The position numbers and the translations under genes are program-made. A DNA stretch of 60,578 nucleotides, filler included, from Dugesia japonica (taxonomy: Eukaryota): the NCBI GenBank assembly GCA_001938525.1. It is 5 parts of 5 records of this genome, joined end to end, with 100 filler letters (N's around TTAATTAATTAA, not from the genome) between each part and the next. Parts side by side here need not be neighbours in the genome. Positions count along the whole stretch, not along the records: positions 22,365 to 42,009 come from MQRL01610384.1; positions 42,110 to 50,836 come from MQRL01555862.1; positions 50,937 to 60,578 come from MQRL01607717.1; 2 more parts are not named here. One strand, 5' to 3'. How positions within the stretch are numbered: position 1 is the first letter of the stretch; each line of letters opens with the position of its first letter. Below are positions 37,793 through 51,339 of this stretch, piece by piece. The notes beneath the pieces are model-generated. The model worked only from the letters and a program-made list of their open reading frames with translations. It was not told the origin of the DNA and did not search any database.

Positions 37793-38030
37793 TTTACAAT
37801 TGCAATTATTGCGACAATAATTGTTGGACATAACCATTGGTCGTTTTTCAGAATTCATTTAAAATAAAAGCTTCGATCAAAATTTGATTTTTTTTTGGTA
37901 TTTGATAACAAATCGATATTTCGATTTTGTCTTCTTCAGGAATTGACTTTCTTCAATTCCTGAAGAAGACAAAATCGAAATATCAAATACCAAAAAAAAA
38001 CAAAATTTTGATAAAAGCTTTTATTTTAAA
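37793..38030 (-). mobile_element. Short Penelope-type repeat, copy 2, forming a long palindrome with two back-to-back hammerhead cores
   Basis: Perfect 32-bp inverted repeat 37915-37946 / 37953-37984 with a 6-nt spacer and longer imperfect arms; homologous to 27905-28132. Confidence 0.7.
37909..37946 (-). ncRNA. Minimal type I hammerhead ribozyme motif
   Basis: Minus strand reads TCAATTC-CTGAAGA-A-GAC-AAA-ATC-GAAA-T-ATC-GATTTG: CUGANGA/GAAA core, AUC cleavage triplet, stem I CAAUUC/GAUUUG. One mismatch each in stems I and II. Confidence 0.5.
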
Positions 38031-39821
38031 TCAATTTATTTTTATTGCAATTTTAAAATTGTAAATTTTTCAAGTTAAAAAAATTTTAATTTATCTGAGA
38101 AAACGACTTACGAAAATTTATATTCAATAGTTAAATCAACATTTATCAATCATTTTCAATAAAAAATATTTTCCTAAAATTTAACTCATTTCTTATTATT
38201 TTTTTTAATATTTAATTTATCTTAATATTCATATTTAATTTTTTCTCGGAAATTGAAATATTTTAGAATACACCTTTTTATTTATTTTATCTTTGTACTT
38301 TAATTATTTATTTAATAAATTCAAATTAACCATTTATTTATTCCTCATAAAATTTATGCCAATTAACTCAATATCATTATACGGATTTATTCGTTTTATA
38401 ATAATAAATTTCGGAGTATTTAAACAGACGTAAATAATAATAATAATAATAATAACAAATTAAATAATTATTTACAAAGAACTAGAAAATTAGAGAATTT
38501 GAAAAAATATGTCTCTAAAGTTTATTCATTTTGTAATTTTTAATAAATATTTATTGAATTTACTTTTTAATTTGTAAATTTTCCTAAGGAGTATTAGGAT
38601 CCCAATGATAACTAGAATGATAAACGAAATTAATCGAATACGAATCAATTATTATTAAAATTTATTCATAAAATTAAATAATTAATTCTTCTAAAGTGAA
38701 TTCGTATTTTTGAATTGGAAGTCTTTATTTTTCACAAGCTAATAATTTTTATCTATACACAAATTAAATAAAATCCCTTAAATTTATAAATAAAAAATTA
38801 TACAATAATAAATTAATTTTATTATAAGCAAATTAAAATAATTAATAGTTGGATTTGTTATTGCACTACAATTGTTATTTAAATAAATATAAATAAACAA
38901 TGCTTATACCAAACTAAATAAAATCAATTTTATTNNNNNNNNNNNNNNNNNNNNNNNNNNNNNNNNNNNNNNNNNNNNNNNNNNNNNNNNNNNNNNNNNN
39001 NNNNNNNNNNNNNNNNNNNNNNNNNNNNNNNNNNNNNNNNNNNNNNNNNNNNNNNNNNNNNNNNNNNNNNNNNNNNNNNNNNNATATCTAAATAATATTT
39101 ATTAATAACATCCACTGCAATCGACACATGATTGTCAACTGGAAGCAAGTTGATTTATTTCAATAGTGTCCTGATTTCAATAAACTATCAGAAGGCATTT
39201 TCAGCAGCACATTAGTTGTTAAAAATGTTACCTTGCAGGAAGAGCTCAAAATGTTTATAAATGACAATTGGCAAGTGAGAGGTGAGTATGGTGAACGCTG
39301 CAAAATTTCGTACCCCAAACACATACAAATTTCCTATCATAATGTATGCAACGTGTGATTGTAGATTGCCATGAAGAATAATAGGACCTACTCAGTTGAT
39401 CAATGTCAGACGAAATTGATTCATTTTTTAGGGCATCTTATTGATTTAAATTTAAATTTATCATTTAAATTTTAAAAAATCTCTTTTTAATTGATTGTTT
39501 TTCAGTGGCAGTAAGTCAAAAAATGAGCGTTGTTTGGTAGTCTTTAAGTGATGGGTATTCCAATTGGATATGCANNNNNNNNNNNNNNNNNNNNNNNNNN
39601 NNNNNNNNNNNNNNNNNNNNNNNNNNNNNNNNNNNNNNNNNNNNNNNNNNNNNTTATCTGACTTGCAAGATAGTCTTTGTTTATCTTGGCGCATTTTGCG
39701 TTTAGTTCGATGTTATTAATTTTGAAATAGTATTTTTTTTGAATATTTTTATTGTTTAAATTGTAAAATAAAATTTTTAACGTAATTTTTATAGCTAATA
39801 ACGGTGATAAAAAAATATTAC

Positions 39822-39958
39822 CAAATCGTAAATCATAATTAAAGTAATCCCTAGTTTCAAAACAATTGGCTGATAAGAACTTGGAATTGGTCGTAGATGT
39901 TTGTTATAGTTTTTAAAGATATTTTGTAAAATTTTATATTCTTGCGACTTTGTACTGG
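39822..39958 (-). CDS. nAChR subunit exon (N-terminal helix and beta1)
   Basis: TTTATTTCAG acceptor and GTAATA donor; encodes STKSQEYKILQNIFKNYNKHLRPIPSSYQPIVLKLGITLIMIYDL (E..L...Y....RP motif) and joins DEKNE in phase 0. Confidence 0.9.
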
Positions 39959-40019
39959 CTGAAATAAAGAAATAAATTAATAGATGAGTTATCAAATAAA
40001 TATATTTTTAAATAAGTAC

Positions 40020-40113
40020 ATAAGTTAAGTAAACCCAGGAAAGCCCAAAAATTTTTAGATCGACTTTCACGTTTTCCTGCACATGCTAAGTAAAACAAAG
40101 TGTAAAGAAACAT
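40020..40113 (-). CDS. Probable first (signal peptide) exon of the nAChR subunit
   Basis: ATG at 40113 opens MFLYTLFYLACAGKRESRSKNFWAFLGLLNL, in phase with the next exon via a 61-nt GT-AG intron. An alternative phase-1 donor exists at about 40070, so the exon end is uncertain. Confidence 0.5.
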
Positions 40114-40722
40114 ATCCNAGATTTAATTGAATTTATTAATAAAGTAAAATTAATTAATTTTATTAATTAATTAAATTAAATAGTTAAATAATTGTGTGTC
40201 ATCAATGATACTATGGACTATGTCAGGTTAAAATGTTAGTAGAATAATGAAAAGCTGATGAATGAAAATGACAAACGAAAGTTAAAAAAACAAACAAAAT
40301 CGAACTAGAAAAAAGCTAGAATATCAAAAATAATGCAATTATTCACAAGTAAATAAAATAAACTGTGTCAGGGTATTATACCAGACAAATTAACTTAAAA
40401 TATCTCATCTAAACGGCATCTTATTAAATNATAAATCATCGTGTTGGTTGATTTGATATAGATTGATTTGGTTTAGATAGCGATACACTTCTATACTGTA
40501 ATATAAAGTTATTCTTCTAAGTAGCATTGATGATTCGAGTAAAGATATTAATGTAATGTAATAATATATCACTGAATAAGACCTAAATAAAAATGACGAA
40601 TGTCAGAAAATTTAAAATACAAGTATAAGATTATATACAAGACTATATTGTGTAAATTCTGTAAGTGATAAAATATCAATAAAAATTTCATTAAAAATGC
40701 AACTTATTGCATTGTTCTAAAT

Positions 40723-40799
40723 TAATTGATTTCACAACTATTGATTTCACAACTATTGATTTCACAACTATTGATTTCACAATTAATTGATTTCACAAG
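40723..40799. repeat. 15-bp tandem repeat AACTATTGATTTCAC, 5 copies
   Basis: Visible tandem iteration. Confidence 0.9.
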
Positions 40800-42109
40800 A
40801 CAAAGTTTCAATAGCTAAATTAAATCAATGAGCGCCAGATACCTTTGTAATAGAGTCACCCACGCAGCCAAAATGTTGGTCACAAGGTGGCCAGTCAGAT
40901 CTTGGAAATATATACTATTTATTGTTAAATATTATTTAAATTTAAAGCTATACTCTAACAGTAATCATTATTATTATAATGATAATAATAACTGTAATAA
41001 TGAAGGGGTTCCAGGTGTGCTTCATTGCAAAATATCGTTATTGTCCTATTTCTATTACGATCCGTAGGAGTCCTAAATTCCACAGACATTCCCAAGTATT
41101 AGATCGAGAGTTTTAGTTTTCGATCCACTAATTCTGGTTACCTTAAGTTTATGCCAGGCTCGTTAGAGTTCGGATTATCTGATTTGTGCTTGTTCTTGGT
41201 ATGTCGATTATGAATAACATATTGAAGAATCCCTTTCAGTAGCGATTCTTTTACTAATATTTGGGTGCCTGATGCGCTAACATGAATAAATTCAAACAAC
41301 TTACACTTCCTTTATATTATAAATTGACTAATAATAAAATCGTCAAATAATATTCATTAAAGTCATAAGAGTGCTTTGCTATTACATTAAGTAAAATATT
41401 AATTACTAATGGTCAATTGAACCCGTGGTATAAGCCATCACGTATGATCATGATGAAATGAATTCGTAATATTAAAAAGGACAAACAAATTCATAAATCT
41501 AAAGGTTATCCAAAATCTATTGTGGCAACATAACCATTAACCTTTCTTATCTCGTTAAAATTATCATTGCTATTATTATATTCTTTATTAATTATAATTG
41601 TTAGTTAGTGATAAACTTTCTGAAAAGTCCATTAAATTCAATAAATTTTTATTTATAACACAAAATTTCATANNNNNNNNNNNNNNNNNNNNNNNNNNNN
41701 NNNNNNNNNNNNNNNNNNNNNNNNNNNNNNNNNNNNNNNNNNNNNNNNNNNNNNNNNNNNNNNNNNNNNNNNNNNNCGATTTTCAATTTTTAACCCTTAT
41801 AATAGTAATCTTCAAATTTATAAATAAGTACTAATAATCTATAAAGCATTCTTTAAACACTAAATAAAATAATTAAAATAACTACTTAAGTGTATTAAAT
41901 CTAATAGGCAATGTATTACTCATAATATTCTCCAAAATACATTAAAACTATCACATGAACTATACATAGTATGTTCTTAAAATAATTATATGACTAAATA
42001 TTGTAAAAANNNNNNNNNNNNNNNNNNNNNNNNNNNNNNNNNNNNNNNNNNNNTTAATTAATTAANNNNNNNNNNNNNNNNNNNNNNNNNNNNNNNNNNN
42101 NNNNNNNNN

Positions 42110-42171
<62 letters not shown>

Positions 42172-42745
42172 TATAAGGAAATATTAAAAAATATTATGGA
42201 AAAATGGCTGTACCAATACTGTGCTTTTTCAGGCATAAATAGAGTTTATATCAGAGACGAGGCCAATTTGTTGTATCAGGTGTCCAAATAAGTTTTTTCA
42301 ATTTTTTTAAAAGAAGGTAAAAGTCAAAATTTTTAATTTTAAATATATTTATTCATAAAAATAGAATAATCCATCAAATTTTCTCACGTTACTTTCATAA
42401 TGACAACGAAAAAATCAATCACAACACAATTTGTTTAGACATGGTCTTAGAATATAGAATAATGAATTCAACATTAAAATGCAAATATGTTATCTAGAAC
42501 AATATGTGACGTTTGGGTACAATGTCATAGGTCGAACGAAAATGCCAAGAATGGGAAGATTAAAACAAAGGTATTGAGAATGATTGAAAAGGAAAAATAT
42601 GGGCAATGAACCATTTCTGTAAAGAAAAGATTCAATCAAGAAAACAAGAATTTCGGATGGCAAAATAAATTTAAAATGGTATCATCTAGTCTGTTAAATT
42701 CAATAAGTGTCTCAAACTCATTTAACGATATTATTATTAGTATTA

Positions 42746-42802
<57 letters not shown>

Positions 42803-44830
42803 NNNNNNNNNNNNNNNNNNNNNNNNNNNNNNNNNNNNNNNNNNNNNNNNNNNNNNNNNNNNNNNNNNNNNNNNNNNNNNNNNNNNNNNNNNNNNNNTGA
42901 AAAGAAATACATAAGTTAATATGAATTAATAATAAATGATGTTTTTTGTGAGTTAAAGCAGAACGTGTATAAATTATATGTTTTGAAAGAGATACCGCTC
43001 TTGGGATTTATTATCAATTGAAATAAACTCAAACAATAAACAGCTAAACAGTAAAGATTTGAAATTATTTATATTGAATTTATGAAGTGATAAATAAACA
43101 ATAAAATATGGCAATTGTTGACAATATTTCTAACTTTTAATATCTTATTTTTAAATATTATTCTTAAATTTTTATAATTTGTATAATCATTTCAAAGACA
43201 TTTTGTTTTATTAAATTTCCGTTATCAAAATAAATAAATTTTATCTGGAAAATGAAAAATCGGATATTGGAATTAATATGAAATTATCACTGTAATTAAT
43301 TTATTGACAATTTATGAACTTTAATTAGTTTAATCGATTTGAATAATTAAATTAATATTTCGATTTATATTAAAAGTACTTTTACATTTGAATTTCATAA
43401 TTATTGGCGATAGAAAACTAACGACAAACAATGCTGAGTTGCGAAATCGCCACACACATAAATACATGCAAACACAAACTCTCATACATACACAAGTATG
43501 TCGATTCATTCTTGTTGTCTTTGCATTGAATCAATTATGACTCACGATTATGAATGTAGACAACATTATCAATGGATAATCGTATAATTAGCAACCAATA
43601 GAAATACAGTTCCCTTAAGAAGCATATTTAGAAAGTAAACTTTACTGATGACAAAATAACACCAACTATCGATTAGATGGATTACATTTTTAATAGTTAT
43701 TATTTACTATTTGAAAGTAGTCTACATAAAATGGAGATTGATGAATCACCAATGAGACAAGAAATAATAAATTTATCAATTCCAGTATCCATTCAATTAG
43801 CTGTTGTCCCATAAAACTGACTAATAATAGCTGGCTACATAATTATTTAGTAACCTAATAGAAACACTGCCCTTGACAAGCTATGTAGTATTTTACAATA
43901 ACTAATTCAAGCTTTTTTCAATCTGGAAACTCGTTGATAAAACACTAATAAAATTTCAGTTTTTAAAAAAACCTTTTGTAGAATAAAGTATTTTGTGGAA
44001 ATTTTGCCTTTAACTTTTGTTTTGCAATTTTTTTTAGGAATTTTGAATAAGTGGTATCAAACTATTGTGACTCCAAACTGCAAAAAATTCAAGTAGTTTA
44101 ATAAAAACTGTATCTATGTATTGCATTTACTATCCAGATTTAGCCTTTAGATCCACTAACAATGAAATAAAATGGAAAACAACTAGCAGAACGTCTGAAT
44201 AAAAAATTAATTTAGTAAATACTCGAAATTTCCGTAAATGATTCATTATTACATTTTTATCTTTAATTTAATTTTTTAACTGCCAATGTTGAGATTTGCT
44301 CCGCATTCACCCACAGACACTTTTCACACTTTTATTATTTATTAAATAAATTGCTCTTAAATTTNNNNNNNNNNNNNNNNNNNNNNNNNNNNNNNNNNNN
44401 NNTTTATTGATTTTTCTATTTCCCCGAAAAATTCGTTAATTTACCTATCTTGAATTCATGAAAAATCCACGAATTTCCAAAAAATAAACAAAATAATGCG
44501 AAACAAGTAAGCATTCTTTACAAATATTAAAAATTAAAAATCTAGATTTAATTTCAAATATTTGTTAAAAATGCCAATTATAAAGCATAAATTTTGTTTA
44601 AATATCGCAATTTTATAAGAACGTATTTATAATTATTAATATTACAGGGTTTTCAACTTAATTTAATCCTTTTGTAATATATAATTTAATCTATGGTTAA
44701 AAATACTAAATTTTAAAGAAATTATGAGACAAGAAAATTAAATTTTCAAATATTTTATTAAAAATCTTCTTTTCTAACTCATTTTACCGCAAACTCTCTA
44801 ACATGACTAAAATAGTTTAAACTACCCGTT

Positions 44831-45140
44831 TCAGTAATATTCAGTTGCTATTGTTGAGTTAATAGCAACATATAAATCTTTTGTATTTGAATTATTTGTC
44901 TTCATCAAACTTCTTCCATATTTTTGTCTCGAAGTGCAACTTACTCCAAACTCATCCAGAAATAGCATATTATCTTCATCATAACTTAAATAATTTACAC
45001 AATAATTAATTTTACTTTCTGATTTTCTTTGTTGAGGAATCAATTGTATTCTTTTAAAAGAATAATTCAATGCTGTTATTGAATTATTGTTGGTACTTAA
45101 ACTAGCTTCAATATAAATAGTTGGGATTGTAATTTATTTT
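44831..45140 (-). mobile_element. IS630/Tc1-like transposase fragment
   Basis: NYSFKRIQLIPQQR...MLFLDEFGVSCTSRQKYGRS resembles YSxKR...FxDExG...YGRS. Confidence 0.7.
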
Positions 45141-46734
45141 TCAATTGATTTAAAGTAATGGAAACATATATTGCTGATCGAATAAAACTTTTAACTTTTT
45201 CAGTTATAATTTTAATTCTAGCTTGTCATTTACACTTATAACCAAATTTACAGTTTTAGTTTCGACAATGGAAAATAATGGTTCATCGATGAAAGTACTA
45301 TATTTATCATTGAAAAACTATGGACTTATCATAGAAAATATGAGTTTTACTATTGGAAATAAAGATATGGTCATAGAAAATACTTAGTAGAGTAAATCTA
45401 CTCACTAATTATATTAAATTTATTCTATATAGTCATATAATCAATTTAATTTGCTTAATTTGTCTACATTTTGTTAATATACCCATATTTTTCACCATTT
45501 CCTATTTTTCCCCATGTATTCTCTATTTTCCACAATATTCCTCATTTTCCTTATTCTTCCACGTTTTATCCTTTTTATATAGAATTGCTATATGTTTCTT
45601 CATAGACCTCACTTTATTAATCTTTAGAAAGACATTTAGATATAAAAGGAGACATTAAAACTGAATAATGGTATGCGATTGCTGGTATGACATGCTTTTT
45701 ATTAAAAATAATATAATAATTTTAATATATTTTCGTCATCTATTTGTTTCTCTGTATCCCTGCTTACACAGTGGTTTCTTGCTTGCACCTTGTATTCGTT
45801 TCCTTTAGATATCTAATTGTCAGCTAAATTGATAGTGAAATCAATATAAAGTCTATAACGTATACATTATTTGGATTTATATGAAGATTATTCATTACTT
45901 ACTGAGTGAAATGACAAACTATTCTTGTGATAATTTGGTAAGCTAAGTGATTTTTAAATGTATCTAAATTAGTAATGGCTTATCAGGTTTAGGCTTTATT
46001 TATTTGTATTAAAAGAAGATTTATTTACATATTAGTCCATATATTATCATCACATTGGTTATTCTAATAACTTTTTCGTTTTCTTCTTTCCTATTTTTTG
46101 ATATGTTTAATGAAGCTATTGGCCTAAAGATTATTGAATCTTTAAAATTAAGAATTTTTTCTTCTTTGTCATAATTGTTTGAAAAGGGATTTTCAATCTT
46201 TTTAGATGAAGTAATCGATGTTAACTTTCTTGGTTTGATTATTTTAATATTCGCCAATTATAATATTTTATGTTTCTCTAGTAAGTTCTCAATATTCGAT
46301 TTTTAATTATTTTATCATTTTCTTTTTCTGATTTCAAAATTATTATAAAATATTCAATAGATATTTACTAAAATTTTATCTAATTTGATTGATAATTTTA
46401 TCATTTCTGTGGCTACAGGGTCATGTTGACACGATGCCCATATCTGTAATTTTGATCTATTCTTCAATTAATTAATCAATCAATTATTTTTAGGTTTTCT
46501 TTTCATATCATATTTATTTATTTATAAATATTGATTGATTTACAGATTTTCTATTTCTTATTTAGTTTCATTTAATTATTTGATTATTTGGCGGTCATAT
46601 TGATGTTGATTTTCAATTTTATTAGTTATATTAGTTCTTGATGTCTCTAGTATATCAAATATTTTCCANGGTGCTCGAAATAAAAATAATGGTCTATTAT
46701 TATGCAAGTTTCTTATTTATTGGTTAGTTATATC

Positions 46735-47772
46735 CAGGGCTTAATTTCGCCCGGAACAGCTTTCCGGTTCTTTTTTAACAAATATTACGTGAAAATGTTT
46801 CTTATTAGTTTTTGTTTTGTTTTGTTTTTCCACTGCTTTTGTTCAAAATCTTGGAATTATGCATAATGCCATGATGAAGCTATCGCATTTATCTTTAAAA
46901 CTGAAAGCAAGAAAATGTACAATAAATACAGCTCACCATGAAATATGTTTACAAGTTCGTATTTTTGAATCCATGATGGATCAACCAGGAAGGCATTATT
47001 CCAAAGCAATAGCGGCAGTGCGAAAGAAACCTTTTTGTGGTGTTGAACTTGTAATTGGAAAAAAACAGAAGTTATCATATCTAGTGGTCAATTTTATAGG
47101 AGTTTGGCCAATAACCTTTGTTCAAGAATGTTTGTAATTGAACACAATGATACAAGTAAATCTGAAAAATTACTGAGATAGTTTAAAGTATTTTATCCTA
47201 ATTCTAGTAAGTGGCCTGAAATTAAAAAATGTTGCATACGATACGCGAAGAAGAGGTCTGCTTGTCGTCACAAAGATTTAATATAAATCAAGAAACTGCA
47301 ATGAGAAATTTTCGAACATTCATACACACGACTGGCAGTGAAATTCGTACAAATTTAAATCAAATTTTTACAGCAATACCTATAATAGCAATTTCAAGTG
47401 CAGAATGTGAGAGGGATTTTCAGCTATGAATATATTAGTTACATCAACACGTTCGTCTTTATTGACTAGAACTCTCTCAAATTTGCTATTTATAAAACTT
47501 GTTGATTCTCAACTCATTTGTTTCCATCCCAAAATATATGTTCACAGTTGGCTAGCCAAATGAAAACCTAGTGCTCTAGACACTCAATCGAGATCTAGGA
47601 GTGCTAAAGTATTTAACGAAAATATGAAAAAAATATGGAATTTATTATGTTTTTTGTTTAATAAACTGAAATTAACTCTATCGTCTTTAAAATTGTAATT
47701 TTGTAAGAAAAATAGTAAATTATCACTATTCTTCCGTGCGTTCCGATTATTTTTTTTAGAAATTAAGCTCGG
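46735..47772 (+). mobile_element. Internally deleted hAT element with both TIRs and TSD (1038 bp)
   Basis: TIRs CAGGGCTTAATTT / AAATTAAGCTCGG; 8-bp TSD GTTATATC / ATTATATC; frameshifted transposase C-terminus IIAISSAECERDFS.MN....RSSL....LSNLLFIKL. Confidence 0.85.
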
Positions 47773-49545
47773 ATTATATCTTATTATTACTGCTATATTA
47801 TAAAAAAATTATTTAGTTAAAATTTTTGATGTCACAACAGATTGTAAACAGGTCAATGGATTTGCAACTTTTATAGAAGATATTTAATATTTGAAAATCC
47901 TCATGGTTTTACAGTTTATGAATCACTGAGTTTTATGATAAATAATTCATTTTTTCTTTTAGGCAGCCTATTTAATCTAATATCTAATCTTTTTAATTAG
48001 CTATTTATTTGCCTTCATATTTCAACATCATTTCAAAATTTGATTTATTTATTTTTTCCATTATTACTTTTCACTAATCTAAATTTCTTCATTCATTTGT
48101 TAATTTATTTATCCCTTCGCATTTCTTGGTATGATATTCTTTTTTTATTTATTTTTCACTTAAATTCTGTATTTTTACTTAATCGCTGATTTGTGCTAAA
48201 ATTATTTTCAATTTGATTTATCGTTTAATTTATGAATTTGATTTGAGATTTAATTCAACTTATCGATTTTATCAGTTCAGTTTGTTAAATTTAATTTTTA
48301 CCTCGATAAATTCTGCATTTATTTGTCTATTATATTTTAATTGCTTCCTACTCAAGAGGTTTCTATTGCTTCATTGTCCATGCTTTATTATTACAAATGT
48401 GCACATTAAATGATTGTTATGTAAAAGATTTTGTAAATAAATAATTTAATAAAATATATAAATTCTTTGAGAAATTGTGTATAAGAAAGCGTCTAATAAT
48501 AATAACGAAATTAAAAATAAAACCCTTTTCTGATATATTTCGACAAATCAACGACCATCATTGTACAAAATGAAAAATTTGAGATTCAGTCTTCATTATT
48601 CAAACAAAGATTTAAGCAATTATACTGAATATTAGACAGCTATAATAAAAATTCAAATTTTTTTTGCTATTAATTTTTTATGAAATTTAAGCATATATTA
48701 AAATTTTAAACCCTATAAAAAGTTTTATACAGGTTTTAAACTTTTAAAGAATTTCAATATTTATTTCAATATTAATTCCTGAAATTGTTTTTATGCAATT
48801 ATTAATCGAAAATAAACCAAGTTAAATTGAAGTACAAATAAAACAATAGTAAAATGTATTATATAAAAGTGCCAAGTGGCCAAAAATTAAACAATAAAAC
48901 AGTAAAAAATATTTACCAGATAATAAGTTACGGTAAACAGGTCTATGGTTCCTCCTCATTAAATCCAACTACAGAAAGAGCAGCATACTGTAACAGCAAT
49001 TCTAATAAATTAAAATAAAAACAATAGTAAGATATCACAACATCGAAATAATAATTTTGCAGTTTCAAATCAAATATTATTCTTTTATAATCGAAATCGA
49101 AATAAAAATCAAATAATAATTAATATTATTGATTAAACAAATCAATATATCAGATCTATTTGTAGCTCATTTTGTTAAATTTTCTCGATTTTATTTTATT
49201 AACAATAATAGTTAAAAAAAGTTCAATATTTATCGATTAGTAATTTAAAAAGGTAAAGATCTATATCTACGAGTAAACTCTACAAATGATAAATATTATC
49301 AATGAAGGCACTAGCCCCGTTAACAAAAGGAGATATTTATAAATTAATCGATTAATGAGAGATTCCAAAGTCAATATCAATCCATCAATCAAATTGCAAA
49401 AATTCAAACCAATAACATTTTCAACTAAATGATATGAGAAAATCGCATGCAAAATATTGATCAGTAAACACATATTAATTATTACATATAACTATTGATC
49501 AATGCTGATTTGAAAATGAAATAAAAAAAATTATAGGATAATTTT

Positions 49546-50287
49546 CTATGGAGGAAAATGCTGGTATGCGCGACTGGAAAATTTAATTGGAGAAACTGGA
49601 GGTTCAATTGAGCTTGTTATGTGACCTGAGAAATTTGAGAGGCCAAATTGTTGCTGAACTCCAGCAGACTTTAGGGAATATAATCGACTATATTGTGATA
49701 ATAGTGGACTATTATTTATTCTACTGGGATTGAGCTTGGGAAATTTTAGATGAGGATGACTTTCCAGTTTTAACGCGATAGTGGTATTGGCTTTTCGTGG
49801 TTTAAGAAGTAATTGATTGATGAATGTTCGAGGAGATGAAATTGATTTACACAATGACTGATAAATACAACTAGGCCAAGAATGTGAATGTCGAAGAGAT
49901 TTGGATTTGAAATTTTCAATCGAATCATAACATTTCAATTGTTTGATTATTGTATCGGAATGGAAAGGTCGGCTGTCTTGTTTCGACGAAAGGAATTTAC
50001 GTCTAAGGAGGCAGGATAAAGGCCGAAGAGTTTCTGTACTACTATCAGAAAAAGGACTATTATCATAGCTGCACACAGATTCTGGTTGATTGGATTCCAA
50101 TTCAATTGATTGAAGTTTCGGGAGAACTGATTTGATTCTTTTCTTTTTCTGATACACTTGTGATGCATGAATTTGTAAATCATTAAATGATGAATACGAA
50201 CTATCATTGAAATCTTCACTAGTTTGAGTAATATCCGAGGTGCGGCTTAAAGTTGATATTTGCGACATACGTTTTGATTGACTTAAC
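49546..50287 (-). CDS. Ser-rich, probably disordered orphan coding exon (about 246 aa), likely terminal
   Basis: About 750 nt without a stop in AT-rich DNA, raised GC, TTTTGTTATTTAG acceptor at 50288; no recognisable domain. Confidence 0.6.
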
Positions 50288-50791
50288 CTAAATAACAAAA
50301 ATTTAAATAAAATTAAATAATGATTTTATGATATAGAAGCAATGACAACTGAAATTAAATCAATAAGAATTCATTATCAAATAAGCAATCAACATGGAAA
50401 TAAAAATAAAATAAATAAGTTATTTATTAACTATTTTATTAACTATATATATAACGTTTTCGTCAACTAGAAAAATATATAATTTTTGTATAACTATCAA
50501 TAAAGAAGATTAATTACAGGTGTTCAGTACACAAGAATAATGTTTCGTTTTTAAAGATTTTATTCGTTTAAATTTTAAACTTTAAAATATGGAATGAATA
50601 TTTTATGATTAAAAAAAACTGATTTGGGAAATTGAAAACCTCGTAAATGTCCCAAAAACTGAATACACTCATCACAAATAATTTAAAAATACATTTAAAT
50701 ATTAAAATCTGTTTGTCATAGTATCTTCATAAACTATATTAATAAGTGAATTAAAAATCACTTTGTCATAATCGTCTCATAATCAAACCAC

Positions 50792-50836
<45 letters not shown>

Positions 50837-51039
50837 NNNNNNNNNNNNNNNNNNNNNNNNNNNNNNNNNNNNNNNNNNNNTTAATTAATTAANNNNNNNN
50901 NNNNNNNNNNNNNNNNNNNNNNNNNNNNNNNNNNNNTTTAATTGAACTTAATGATTTAACTTAATGATATAACTTATTTATTATGAAAAGAAGCACATTC
51001 AAAGGTAATTTATTTTGTTATTTAAACTATAACTTGTTC

Positions 51040-51339
51040 ATGAAAAAATTCAAAAATTATTGATTTCATTAAATTTAAACAAATAATCATTTAATTTCGA
51101 TTAATTTAAACAAAGAATCACTAATTTCATTAATTTAAACGAAAAAACAATAATTTCCTTCAATTTAAACAAAATTAATGACTTTAACTTAATTTAAACA
51201 AAAAATCGATAATTTTACTTCATTTAAATAAAATAAATAATTTCACCTCATTTAAACAAAGAAAAATGAAAAAAAATCGGGTGACAAAAAAAAATTTCCC
51301 TGGGGGGTGGTTGTTCTCGTGCGCTTCTATCCATCTACT
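51040..51339. mobile_element. Putative Polinton right terminal repeat (shorter variant)
   Basis: AATTTAAACAAA array alignable with 17325-17510, then GGGGGGTGG...GCGCTTCTATCCATCTACT. Confidence 0.55.

Noticed and set aside
41000-41310. Possible LINE RT C-terminal relic (YLG motif, minus strand)
   Set aside because: A single weak motif with stops; not enough to call.
46021-46257. 78-aa minus-strand ORF and 68-aa hydrophobic ORF 49267-49473 as extra exons of the Ser-rich gene
   Set aside because: I could not build a consistent stop-free splice path.
28509-51339. Left and right AGTAG termini as one 23-kb Polinton
   Set aside because: The 6-bp flanks differ (ACATAT versus GGTTTA), the interior holds host exons, and two assembly linkers intervene.
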